The position numbers were made by a program, and so were the translations under genes. Below are positions 8,674-18,638 of a stretch of DNA of 64,000 bases, piece by piece; position 1 is the stretch's first letter, and the number at the start of each line of letters is the position of its first letter. The stretch is from Caecitellus pseudoparvulus (taxonomy: Eukaryota > Protista > Bigyra: Bicosoecida), in assembly GCA_965644315.1 (NCBI GenBank), contig CBFFRQ010000090.1, positions 62,297 through 126,296 of the forward strand, in the 5' to 3' direction. Under the pieces are notes generated by a model. The model did not search any database and was not told the origin of the DNA. It was given only the letters and a program-made list of their open reading frames with translations.

Positions 8674-11418
8674 CTATTCCAGCGCAAGCTGGCGTCTAGG
8701 CCCCGCCACGCCTCCATGGGCGATGCCGCCACCTCTGGCCCAGGCAGCACGGCGTGCTGCTCCCATGGGGGAGAAGGGCCCTGTGGGGGACAGAAGGCTG
8801 GCCACGGTGGGGTGGGAAGGCGGCAGGCCCGCTGCATGCACGACACTGTCCATGACCGCCGCAGAGCCAGAGGTGCGGTTGCGCCGGTGGGTGGCCCGGC
8901 GCGGCAGCGAGCCAGTCTGCCCCGCCAAGGCCACCAAGTCTGTGGCAGGCGTGGCAACGCCAGCAGCTGCGAATGCACTTCCGCCTGTTGCTCCCCGTCG
9001 TGTGCGCTGAACTGGCGTGCACATGGCCTGCCTCTGCCCCTTGGCCTCTTGCAGCCTGCGCAGGATAAGCAGGGGGTGGCCTGGCGGCACTTCCTGCACG
9101 CGCGCGTTTCCCGGGGACGGAAACGCCGCTGCGGGGATGATAGTGTACCGCTCAGGGCCGACATCCATCCCAGAAGGGGATGCCACAGAGCTGGCGGCAG
9201 GCGTGGGCGCTGCCGGAGCCATCATCGGCGTGTGCACGGACGAGGGTGTGGCGCACACAGTCGTGGTCATGACGGTGCCTGGGCTGGCTGGCACTTGGAC
9301 AGGAGAAGGCGTGGATGCCACTGTCGTCGCGTCAGCCAGTGCTGCCTCCATCTCGGCCAGCCGAGCTTCTGCCTCATCCGCACGAGCCCGCTCGAACGCC
9401 AGCGCATCCTCTGCCGCTCGCGTGCCCGCCGCTGCTGCCTGCGCGGCGGCCTTGGCGGCCTGGACATCTGCTTCCAAAGCTGTGATGCGCCCACTGCGCC
9501 AGGCCTTCTGGGCGGCAGCGTCGGCCTGAGCAGCCTCCTCCACCCGCTTCCGCATCGCCTGGATGCCAGCCAGCGCCGTGCGGGCCATGGCCTCTGGACT
9601 TTCCTCCGCATCCACCGGTGGAGCCCCCGTGCTCCAGGGCTGCACTGCCTCCAGCTGACGCTGCAAGATGCCCTCCAGGCCCAGAAGCTGCGCATGCAGA
9701 CCTTGCCGCGCCTTGGCCTCGGTTGCCAGGCGGCAGGCCAGGCGCTGCCCTTGCTCCAGCAGCGCCGCGATGCGTTCCCGACCCTCCTCACGCGCTGCCA
9801 AGGCCAGGGCCAGCTCAGCACTGCTGGCACGCAGCTGTTCTCCAGACTTGCCAAGCCGATGGCGCAGGCGGGTCACCTCCTCCGCAGCCTCGCCCGCCTG
9901 GCGCCGTGCCTCGGTCAGGGCTGCCTCCTGCGCTGCCAACTCTTCTTGGGCGCTGTTCCAGCCAGCGACGCTGTCTGCCAGGTGGATGTGCAGGAGGCGC
10001 ACTTGTTCCGACTCCAGCGCAGCCTGCCGAGCAGTTGCTCGGCGTTGCCGGGCAGCAGGCAGCCCCAGTCGCCCAGCGAGCCCCCCCCAGAAGCCAGTCC
10101 GCTGGGCGGGCTGGGCTGGTGCTGCCGGTGCTTGCAGTTCATGCTCACGTGGGTGAGCTTCCCGAGCCTCCTCGTCATCAGACAGACTGACAGACTCCAG
10201 GGAGGGAGAGGAGGGGCCGGTGCTCGGGGCAGCGGACGCCGCCGCCCCCTCCAGCTCCCCACCAAGGAAACGCTGGACCAGGCCTCGCTCCCGGGCCTCT
10301 GCGGCATCTCGGCCAGCCAGAGCCGCTGCCTCCCGCTCCCGGGCCCGCGCCACCGCCTGCACGAGGCTGGTCACCTCCGCACGCAGGGACTCGTTGTCCT
10401 GGTGCAGGGCCTGGGCTCGGGTGTCAAAGACAGAGGCCGCAGCGCGCCACCGTCCCGCAGATGGGGGCCCTGTTGCACCAACCACTGCTTCCGCCCACAG
10501 GCGCTCCTCGCAGCTGGCCTGTGCAGCAGCTGCGTGCAGCAGATCAGCCTGGGTGCCAGCCACCATGGCCTGCATAGCCACTGCCCCGGCAGCAGCGGCG
10601 CTGGCGACGGGGGAGCCAAAGGGCGCCGCCTGGGCCATGCAGTGCAGACTGGCTGCTTTCTCCGCAAGACTGTGCTCGTGCTGCTGCAGTGCCTCGGCGC
10701 GGGCGTTCGCGGCGCTCCACATGGCGGCTTCGGCAGTGGACCCTTCGACGGCCAGCGTGGACACGGCTGCCAGCGCAGCCATCACAGCGACATCAGCCTC
10801 CCTGAAGGCAGCCTCAGCAATGAGGTTTATGTGCCTTGGGGGCAGCCCAGCGCCCCCCACCTGCTCATGCTCTTGAGCTTGTGTCACAGCGCTCCGAATG
10901 GCCGGAGGGGTTTCGGCACCAGCGCCTTGTGCATCAGTTTGGAAGCTGCACAGACCCACCAAGCCAGTTGCTGAGTCTTCACCGTCATTGCAACCTCCAA
11001 TGTTGCTGCGGTGGATCCGCCCCTGTTGCAGTCGGCTGAAAGGGGGCGTCTCATGCACGAGCGCGCAGTCTGGCGCGACGTCAACTTCCGCAGTGCTCCC
11101 CGGTGACACAACGGTCGGGGCCAAGACGCAGGCGGTGGGAGACTGCACGCTGCAGCACTCGTCATCTGCCTGCATCAGTGTGCAACCTCCGCCTTGCCAG
11201 TCTTCGCTTGGAAAGGTGCCCTTCACACCGCTGCGGCGCGCAGTTGCGTCACCTGTGACAGGCTGCTCTGTCAACGGACGGGGCTGTGCCGGCTTCTCCT
11301 GCCGAGATTGGGTGTTTCGAGCTAGCACCACGCCTCTCTTATGAGAAGCTCTCTCCTGTTGCAACCCATTTTCTTTCAGGGACCGCAGGGCCCTCGGACT
11401 CGGGGCTGGGACGCTCAT
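8674..11418 (-). CDS. Large Ala/Glu-rich coiled-coil protein of unknown function
   Basis: Long ORF (track start 11511 is TTG; first ATG 11418) with a heptad-rich central region (e.g. LAAQEAALTEARRQAGEAAEEVTRLRHRLGKSGEQLRASS) and disordered termini. Confidence 0.6.
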   Translation of the reverse strand: MSVPAPSPRALRSLKENGLQQERASHKRGVVLARNTQSRQEKPAQPRPLTEQPVTGDATARRSGVKGTFPSEDWQGGGCTLMQADDECCSVQSPTACVLAPTVVSPGSTAEVDVAPDCALVHETPPFSRLQQGRIHRSNIGGCNDGEDSATGLVGLCSFQTDAQGAGAETPPAIRSAVTQAQEHEQVGGAGLPPRHINLIAEAAFREADVAVMAALAAVSTLAVEGSTAEAAMWSAANARAEALQQHEHSLAEKAASLHCMAQAAPFGSPVASAAAAGAVAMQAMVAGTQADLLHAAAAQASCEERLWAEAVVGATGPPSAGRWRAAASVFDTRAQALHQDNESLRAEVTSLVQAVARAREREAAALAGRDAAEARERGLVQRFLGGELEGAAASAAPSTGPSSPSLESVSLSDDEEAREAHPREHELQAPAAPAQPAQRTGFWGGLAGRLGLPAARQRRATARQAALESEQVRLLHIHLADSVAGWNSAQEELAAQEAALTEARRQAGEAAEEVTRLRHRLGKSGEQLRASSAELALALAAREEGRERIAALLEQGQRLACRLATEAKARQGLHAQLLGLEGILQRQLEAVQPWSTGAPPVDAEESPEAMARTALAGIQAMRKRVEEAAQADAAAQKAWRSGRITALEADVQAAKAAAQAAAAGTRAAEDALAFERARADEAEARLAEMEAALADATTVASTPSPVQVPASPGTVMTTTVCATPSSVHTPMMAPAAPTPAASSVASPSGMDVGPERYTIIPAAAFPSPGNARVQEVPPGHPLLILRRLQEAKGQRQAMCTPVQRTRRGATGGSAFAAAGVATPATDLVALAGQTGSLPRRATHRRNRTSGSAAVMDSVVHAAGLPPSHPTVASLLSPTGPFSPMGAARRAAWARGGGIAHGGVAGPRRQLALE

Positions 11419-11858
11419 GGCTGGCGCTGGTGCACGTGAGTGGCTCCTCAGCACTCGGTGGCTCCGCTTGAGGGGCACTGCCGGCTGCCAGCTCGTGCCA
11501 GACGAGTTCAAGTGGGTGGAGGTTCAGCTGATTTGTTGTTCTGGGTGAGTGTGTGTGGAGTGCTCCCGTGCCGCCCTCGCGTGCAAGACAGCCTACCAGC
11601 TATGGGTGTGCCCAACTCCCGTGCGAACCCTGAGCACTACCGGCCACCGCTCGGGCCCAGCACTTGCCAAAAGCAGCCCGCAATCAAGTTCATTTTGTCT
11701 TCTACTCCCAGGATTATTCCGAACTTCCCTCCCTCCCGCAATGCTGCAACATTGAGCAGATTCCTGCGACACCTTGCAGAGAGTTCGATTTCCGCGGGCC
11801 ACCACGCCAGCGTGCACCGGCACGGCGCATCCCCTGCAAGCAGCTCCTGCGACACGCC

Positions 11859-12722
11859 ATGCTTTCCCGCGCTGCCAGCGTGACACGGACCCTGGCGTCG
11901 GCCTCCAGCACCGCGACAGCCGCGCCCCTGCACACCCTCGTGCTGATGCGGCATGGCGAGAGCGAGTGGAACCAAGCAAACCTCTTCACTGGCTGGCATG
12001 ACGCAGGCCTGACGGCCAAGGGCGAAGCCGAGGCAACTCAAGCAGGGGAAGCCATGGCAGAGGCGGGGTTCCAGTTCGACATCGCGTACACGAGCGTCCT
12101 GCGCCGCGCCATTACAACTCTGTGGCGAGCCCAGGTTGCCATGGGCACAGAGTGGCTGCCAGTGGTGCGGGACTGGCGCCTGAACGAGCGACATTACGGT
12201 GCCCTCACTGGCTTGAACAAGGCTGAAACCACCGCCAAGTACGGGGAGGAACAGGTGAAGGTGTGGCGCCGGTCGTATGACACGCCCCCTCCCCCCCTCA
12301 CGGAGGACTCAGAGTACTGGCCAGGGCATGACCGCAGGTACGCTGGCGTGCCCAAGAGCAGCCTACCCAAGAGTGAGTCCCTGGCCAACACGCTGGACCG
12401 CGTGCTGCCTGCGTGGAACGACAGCCTGGCGCCGGCCTTGTCTGACGGCAAGCAGGTGTTGGTGGTGGCCCACGGCAACTCCCTGCGAGCGCTGGTGAAG
12501 CACCTGGACAGCGTGTCGGAGAAGAAGATCACGGGGCTGAACATCCCCACGGGTGTGCCCCTCGTGTACAAACTGGATGAGTACACACTGCGCCCCGTGC
12601 CACACGGGGACGAGACGGCACGCGTGCCGCACCTCACGGCCAACTACCTCGGGGACATCGCCGCCATCAAAGCGGCCGTGGCTGGCGTGGAGGCGCAGGC
12701 ATCTGCCAAGCCCGAGGCGTGA
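11859..12722 (+). CDS. gpmA: 2,3-bisphosphoglycerate-dependent phosphoglycerate mutase (dPGM) with predicted mitochondrial presequence
   Basis: Motifs [55 protein letters not shown] and NIPTGVP. N-terminal extension [23 protein letters not shown]. Confidence 0.95.
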   Translation: MLSRAASVTRTLASASSTATAAPLHTLVLMRHGESEWNQANLFTGWHDAGLTAKGEAEATQAGEAMAEAGFQFDIAYTSVLRRAITTLWRAQVAMGTEWLPVVRDWRLNERHYGALTGLNKAETTAKYGEEQVKVWRRSYDTPPPPLTEDSEYWPGHDRRYAGVPKSSLPKSESLANTLDRVLPAWNDSLAPALSDGKQVLVVAHGNSLRALVKHLDSVSEKKITGLNIPTGVPLVYKLDEYTLRPVPHGDETARVPHLTANYLGDIAAIKAAVAGVEAQASAKPEA

Positions 12723-12771
12723 ATGCATTGGACGGGGCCTGTCGCCTGTGCGACGCCCCCCCCTGGCCCGC

Positions 12772-14293
12772 TCACTTGCCCTTGCCAAATGCGCCGCCCC
12801 ATGCTGGGTCATCCCCCCCCAGAGCTTCAGAGGTCCAGTCCTCATCCACTGGAGTGGTGCTCTCGGCAGCAGTGCCCTCTCCATCCTCCTGCATCAGGGC
12901 CAGGACATCATCCAAACTGTCCTCCAGGCCCACACCTGCGCCGGCAGCGCTAGCACCGGCGGAGGCCGTACCCTCCATGAAACCAGCCATGGCGGCATGG
13001 GCCTCTGAGCGCAGCTGCTCCGCAGGCTTGCCGTAGTACAGCTCCTCCAGCTGCAGGCCCAGGCCGGAGGGTGTGCCGCCGGAGGAGGCAGGGATGTCGT
13101 GCGCGAAAGAGGCGGCTGTCATGTCGTCCAGCTCGCCCTCCTCCGCCGCCTCCGCCGCCGCCACGGCCTGCACCGCCGTCTCTTCCTCCCAATCGGACGG
13201 GTACCCGTCCTCGAAGGCGTCTGGGCCGGGGCCAGCAGCGGCCGCGGCGGTCAACTGGTGCACGTGCATGCGCTTGCGGGTCTCCGAGGCCAGGCGCTTG
13301 GAGGCAGCGTTGGCGAAGAACTCCTCATACTGCCACGGGTACTTCATGGCGAAGGTGTCCTCATTGATCAGTTCGTCAATGCGGTCCTCTGGGATCCAGG
13401 CGGCGGCATCCGCCTCCAGCTTGTCCAGCCACTCGGCCCGACGGGCAGCCACGTTGGCCAGCCACAACTGCTGGGCGCGGGAGGCAGCCTCGCGCTTCAC
13501 TCTGTGAGGGGGCGTTAAGCGCGGACTGTGCAGGGCAGGCGCCCAGCCCGCACCATGCAGGGAACAACGTACCCTCGGAGTTTGGCCTGCTGGGACAGGG
13601 TCTGGCGGTGCAGGGCCGCGCGCAAGGCCTTGTGCTCATCCTTGCGCGCACGGCGCAACGCGGCACGGCGGTTGCTCTCCTCCACGATGGACCTGGTGGA
13701 CGAGGGGGCAACAGGCAGGGTGAAAGGGTGGGCGTGTGAAGTTGGGAAGGTCCAGTACGCACTGCATGGCAGCTGCCTCCCGCTCACGGCGAGCGGCCCA
13801 CTCCTGGGAGTACTGCTTGCGCACAGCAGTCATCTGCGGAAGGTGGGTGAAATGGGTGTGCTTGCCCGTGCAGTGGCAGTACCTTGCGGCCAACCGCCAC
13901 GCACCTCAGCCTTGAACTCCCGGCGCCGAGCAGCAAACTCCGCAGAGCTCGTTGGGACGGGGCGGGGGGCAATCTTCTCCACCAAGTTCACGTCCAGCTC
14001 GCCCATCTTCCGGGCCTCTTCCCTCACGACAGATCGGGGTGGGTGCATGAACAGCTTGTGCTTGATGGTCTGCGCAGGCAGCGCGCGGGGGCCGCCGTGC
14101 ATGCACCTGGCAAGGTGGTGGTCTGCCTCATTTTCCGCGCCGGCGTACTCACAGCACGGTGCCGCCCTGTGCGTGCAAAGCGCAGCTGCTGGAGCTGCGT
14201 AGCTTGGCTGGCCACCAGGGATCGCGTGGACAGCGCTGCAGCACGAGCTGCAGCGGCTCCTCCAGCACAGGAGGCCGCAATGGGTGTCCACAT
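12772..14293 (-). CDS. Mitochondrion-targeted helical protein, probable mitoribosomal mS26-like; introns 14152-14070, 13904-13834, 13762-13693, 13572-13502
   Basis: Five exons joined by GT-AG introns. Presequence MWTPIAAS...QLQQLRFAR is followed by TGRHRATIKHKLFMHPP, a long charged helix (RRREFKAEMTAVRKQY...) and WIPEDRIDELI, resembling the mS26 layout (R-rich start, long helix, [WF]I-x-x-x-x-[LI]-[DE] end). Confidence 0.6.
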
Positions 14294-14692
14294 GGCGCCT
14301 GCTCGAGTGCTGAGCCAGTGAGGCTGAGGGGCTGCTCCAAGCCAGCACACTTTCAGCAGGGCGGAACAAAAGCAAGTGACCAGGTGTCGGCACCTGCTGA
14401 TGATCGTAGTTGGGATTTGCCTGCTCAAGAAGTGTGCCACGCCTCTCCTGTGAATGCCAGGAGGAGTGCAGTGCGGGACTTGAGCTGCCCAATCCGAGGG
14501 CAGCCTCTGCGCGTGCAGGCGGAGCGAGGCCAGGCAAGAAACTGTGCCTTCCACTCCGTGGTCTGCGGCTGTCTCCTCCTTCTCCTCCAGGGCGGAGTCC
14601 GGCTGCGCTCGGCACAGGGCCGCGGTCGCCACCTCGCTGGGGCTGCAAAGCCAGCGTTTCTTGCACCATCAAGCAGCAACTGAAAGCTCAGC

Positions 14693-17600
14693 ATGGCGGC
14701 TGCGTCAGCGGGCGTGGTGGCTCCAGCCCCTGAGACCAAGCCCTTACTGCAGACCTCCCTCCTGGTCGTGCAGGATGTGCCGCGAGCCCTCACCTTCTGC
14801 TCCTTCTTGGTGTGCATGGCTGTGCTTGCGGGACAAGTCGCTGTGGGCACCTACACCTCAGCGCCCATGCAAGCCACGGAGATGGCTGCCGCCTGGCTAG
14901 TTGGCTATGGCCCGCTCCTAGGCAGTCTGGCCTTGGCCTCGTACTTCGCCAGCTCCCGTGTGGAGCCGTACGCAGCCGCGTCAGTGCTGGTGCACGCGCT
15001 GCTCTCGGCCGTCGCAGTGCTGGTGGTCACCATCCTGACTGGGGTCTTCCAGGGGGCAGTCGTCATGTGCCCACCCTTGCGCACGGCTCTGCTGGGCGTC
15101 GTCGTCGTGAGTGGCTGGAACGCCATCGCGCGCACACTGCTGCTTGCCTGGCCGCCCTGCGACGCCGCAAAGCACTGGGGGCTGCACGCCTCGGCGCTGA
15201 CGTGGTGGATGTTCGTGGGCATGTCCCTGGCTCCTCTCCTTGGCTTTTACGCGGATGTGCGCGCCGAAATGGGCCTGGCCGTGCTGAGTATGGCGGCCTG
15301 TGCAGTCTTCGCCGTTTTGGTGATTCGACCTTTGGCCGGCGCCCCTGTCGAACGCGTCCCACACCTGCTGCGCCCCGTCATGGAGCCCTTGACCTTCTCA
15401 CACACTGCCAGTGCTGCCCCAGTGTCCTGCTCCGTGCAGTCCTTCACGGAGATGCACGGGAGCCGCTTTGTGTGGGCGGCCGTTGCTGGCTCTATTCTCG
15501 TGCTGCTGGCGACGCTGGGCTGGAACGTCGCCGACTACTCCTGCGCCCTGGACGTCCTGGACACGAACCGTGAGGAGGGGGCCCGCTCGGCGTGGGCATC
15601 CCACACCAGTGCCGCACTGGAGTCGTGCGAAGACGACGTCGCGCACTTCTTCCCTTGGCGCGTCCTGCTCGCGTTTTGCGGCATGTCTCTCTGGTTCTCC
15701 ACACTCATGGTGGCGGTCGTGAGCTACCTGCTCACTGTCGTGAACCAGACTTCCGACCAGCAAACCCGTGGGCAGGAGGAAACCAGTGCCATGCTGCGTT
15801 GGCTATCCCACGAGTGCCGCTCGCCCATCGGCGTGGCTCTGCTTGCGCTGGAGAATGCCAGTCAGGAAGCCCTGCTTGCCCTGCGCCAGCAGGCCCTGGC
15901 ACAGGCCACTGCCGTCGGCGCCAGGGCAGAGCACCATCTGTCCCGCACCGTGGACAGCAAGCACGGTGTGCTGCCTCACGTGCCCGCCCTGGCGCCGGGC
16001 GGGGTGGGCGGAAGCCCTGGCAAGGCCAAGCACGCAGATGGCACGCTTGACTTGGTGCGTGCAGGGGACAGCCACCGCCACGGCACAGCAGCCAGCGAGC
16101 AGTCTGATGGTGGCAGCGGGGAGGACCTGCTGTGGATTTACCGGGCCCTGGAGGACGACGTGCGCAACGTCAGCCAACCCCTCACCATGCTCAGCGGCGT
16201 GCTAGACAACATGCTCGTGTACCTGCAGAAGCGGGAGCGGGCCAGCCAGCTGGGCCGGTCCTCTCAGCCCCTGCCTGCGCCCCGCCTGAACGTGCACCAC
16301 AGCCTGCAGTCCTTCGAGCAGATGATGCAGCACCTCGTGGAGCTGTACGACGTCCCGCCTCCGCAGCTCAAACGCCAGTTCACGTTCATCCTACCGGGGG
16401 ATGGACCTCCCTGCACCCTGCATGGGGCAGTGGGCATGGAGCTGGTGCTGGAGCATGGGCTGTGGGGATACACCCCAGTCGCGCCCTCCACGCTGAAGCA
16501 GGGCCTGGTGAACCTCTTCACAAACGCCTTGAAGTACGGCGCATCTGGGGCGCCGCCCACCGCCCAGCCGGCGGACCCTGACTCGTCAGATGACTCAGCA
16601 CGCGGGCCCACCCTTGGCACTGCACACATCGCAGTCAAAGTTGCGGTGGAGGTGGCGGGGGACGCACCCTTGCCCCGCAACATGCAGCTGCCCGACGAGT
16701 CCACCTTCCTCAGCACTGCCGCTGGCACCCTGTCCGTGACGGTGACTGACCAGGGCCGCGGCATGGCCGAACAAGACTTGACATCCCTCTTCCAGCCCTT
16801 CACACGCCTGCGCTCCGGGCAGCAGCAAAAGGGCACGGGCATGGGGCTGTGGCTCATGCGGGAGCTGCTCAAGAGCCAGGGCGGCGACCTCACCGCTGCC
16901 TCTGCAGGGCCCGGCTGTGGCTGCTCCTTCACCCTCACCCTCCCTGTGGCCATGCAAGTGGCCCACGTGCGCAGTCTGCTCGCCCTGTCTGACCCGCGTG
17001 CGAGCGTGGATGAATACCAGCCATTTCGGGTGGTGCACCTCGGCGCTGGCGAGCTGCCGGAGGCGCCCCTGGACAAGGAGGACTCGGCCTCCATCCCACA
17101 CCGCGACATCGCAGGCCCAGAAACCAGCGTCATGCAGAGCCTGCTCAGTCGCTCTGATGGTGCTGTGGGGCACATGGGCCGGCACTCGGCAGCCAGTGGC
17201 GGCACGGGGGGCCTGCGCATGCGCTCGCATGGCGGTAGCTCAGGCGGCACGCGGTTCTCCGCCATGCGGGAGGAGTCCCTGGACGTCCTCAGCACCAACG
17301 CCCAGTACGGTCCGTCGCCGGATGTGGTTCAGGCTGGGCAGCACGGCGGCTCGCCTGGCGCTGGGCAGGCCTTTGCTGCCACGGAGCTGTTCGATGCCCT
17401 GCAAGATCGAGCTCTGGGCACGGGTGGCCTGAGCTCCATCTCGGAGGCTTGCGCCTCCCTGCCGCCCGCTGGCTCTCCCCATGCCATGCGGCGCCAAGGC
17501 AGCACGGGGTCGCCCCAGGACCCTGCTGCATCCGGTGCGGGGACGGCTGCTCGGCATGGCGTGCCGCTGACCCCTGGTGCGGCAGCGGCGCTGCAGCGCG

Positions 17601-18457
17601 GCCCTGAGAGCCGGGCGAGATCCAAGCGCCGCAGCGGTGCCATGTCCAACGAAGCAGCAGGCCTGCGCATCCTGCTTGTAGACGACTCCAAGCCCCTGCG
17701 TCGTCAACTGTCAAGGTCCCTGGAACGACTCGGGGCCACCGTGAGCACTGCCGTGGACGGGGCGGACGCGCTGCAGGTCATTGGCACGACCAAAGATCAG
17801 ATCCACGTTATCCTCTGCGATCTGTCCATGCCAGTCATGGACGGTCCGGGCCTGGCCAGTGCCCTGCGCACGGCTGGCGTCCTGCGCAAGCTTAGAGGCA
17901 GTGCGGATGGCACGTCCCAGCCGCCAGCCATGCCGTTTGTGCTTTCCACGGTGAAGGCCGACTTTAAGGTGCCGCAGCCAGGGGCAGAAGGTGGCCCGTC
18001 TGCGGTAGAGACCAGTCCGTCCAGCCAGGCCTCGCGAGCCCTCACGCCCACAGGCTCCACGCGGGATGCTTCTGGGCTGCCGCCGTCTGACATCGGCTCC
18101 ACCACCGAGTTGACTGGCACGGTAGCCTTGAAGGCCACCGCCAGCTCCTCGGGCGGTAGCAGCCAGGCTGGCTCCCTCATCCACCCGGCAGTGGGCCGGG
18201 GCCAGACGTCCATGGACCCTGGGTCAGCCCAGCAACCCTCAGCGCTGGACAGCCAGCCAACCCGCAGCGCAGGCGAGCTGGCGGCGCTCTTCCCAGGCCT
18301 TGCCTTCGTCGGCCTGACGGGCAACGGCGTGCAGGAGGATCTTGTGCGGTTCAGGCAAGCTGGGGCGCACCTCGTCCTCACCAAGCCCTCCTCGGCCAAG
18401 GACATCATTGCAAGCGCAGCGCGAGTGCTGCTTGCATTGCACGCCGAGCTTGGGTAA
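14693..18457 (+). CDS. Multi-pass membrane hybrid histidine kinase, paralog 3
   Basis: 1254-aa ORF with ~8 TM segments, MLRWLSHECRSP, NLFTNALKY, DQGRGM, LFQPF, GTGMGLWLMRELL, and REC motifs ILLVDDSKPLR, CDLSMPVMDG, FVGLTGNG and LTKP. Confidence 0.93.
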   Translation: MAAASAGVVAPAPETKPLLQTSLLVVQDVPRALTFCSFLVCMAVLAGQVAVGTYTSAPMQATEMAAAWLVGYGPLLGSLALASYFASSRVEPYAAASVLVHALLSAVAVLVVTILTGVFQGAVVMCPPLRTALLGVVVVSGWNAIARTLLLAWPPCDAAKHWGLHASALTWWMFVGMSLAPLLGFYADVRAEMGLAVLSMAACAVFAVLVIRPLAGAPVERVPHLLRPVMEPLTFSHTASAAPVSCSVQSFTEMHGSRFVWAAVAGSILVLLATLGWNVADYSCALDVLDTNREEGARSAWASHTSAALESCEDDVAHFFPWRVLLAFCGMSLWFSTLMVAVVSYLLTVVNQTSDQQTRGQEETSAMLRWLSHECRSPIGVALLALENASQEALLALRQQALAQATAVGARAEHHLSRTVDSKHGVLPHVPALAPGGVGGSPGKAKHADGTLDLVRAGDSHRHGTAASEQSDGGSGEDLLWIYRALEDDVRNVSQPLTMLSGVLDNMLVYLQKRERASQLGRSSQPLPAPRLNVHHSLQSFEQMMQHLVELYDVPPPQLKRQFTFILPGDGPPCTLHGAVGMELVLEHGLWGYTPVAPSTLKQGLVNLFTNALKYGASGAPPTAQPADPDSSDDSARGPTLGTAHIAVKVAVEVAGDAPLPRNMQLPDESTFLSTAAGTLSVTVTDQGRGMAEQDLTSLFQPFTRLRSGQQQKGTGMGLWLMRELLKSQGGDLTAASAGPGCGCSFTLTLPVAMQVAHVRSLLALSDPRASVDEYQPFRVVHLGAGELPEAPLDKEDSASIPHRDIAGPETSVMQSLLSRSDGAVGHMGRHSAASGGTGGLRMRSHGGSSGGTRFSAMREESLDVLSTNAQYGPSPDVVQAGQHGGSPGAGQAFAATELFDALQDRALGTGGLSSISEACASLPPAGSPHAMRRQGSTGSPQDPAASGAGTAARHGVPLTPGAAAALQRGPESRARSKRRSGAMSNEAAGLRILLVDDSKPLRRQLSRSLERLGATVSTAVDGADALQVIGTTKDQIHVILCDLSMPVMDGPGLASALRTAGVLRKLRGSADGTSQPPAMPFVLSTVKADFKVPQPGAEGGPSAVETSPSSQASRALTPTGSTRDASGLPPSDIGSTTELTGTVALKATASSSGGSSQAGSLIHPAVGRGQTSMDPGSAQQPSALDSQPTRSAGELAALFPGLAFVGLTGNGVQEDLVRFRQAGAHLVLTKPSSAKDIIASAARVLLALHAELG

Positions 18458-18638
18458 GCTGCGCTGCTGCAGTCTGCCCCCGGCACATTTCTCAGACACG
18501 CCAAATACAATCACTTGTTCACTGGCAAGGTGCTTGTCCCATCGCACTTAGAGTGCGAGGGGAGCAGCAGGCTTCTGCTGCGGGACGTCAGACCTTGGAG
18601 CTTGGACTTGCGGAAACTGCACCGCCACCAGCCCGGCC

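Noticed and set aside
8617-10974. 785-aa + strand ORF
   Set aside because: It is antisense to the coiled-coil gene, with Arg/Cys/Gly-rich composition and no motifs.
1-18457. Bacterial contamination or a recent HGT island explaining the histidine kinases
   Set aside because: They are interspersed with spliced eukaryotic genes, match local composition and carry eukaryote-style low-complexity inserts. Ancient HGT is not excluded.
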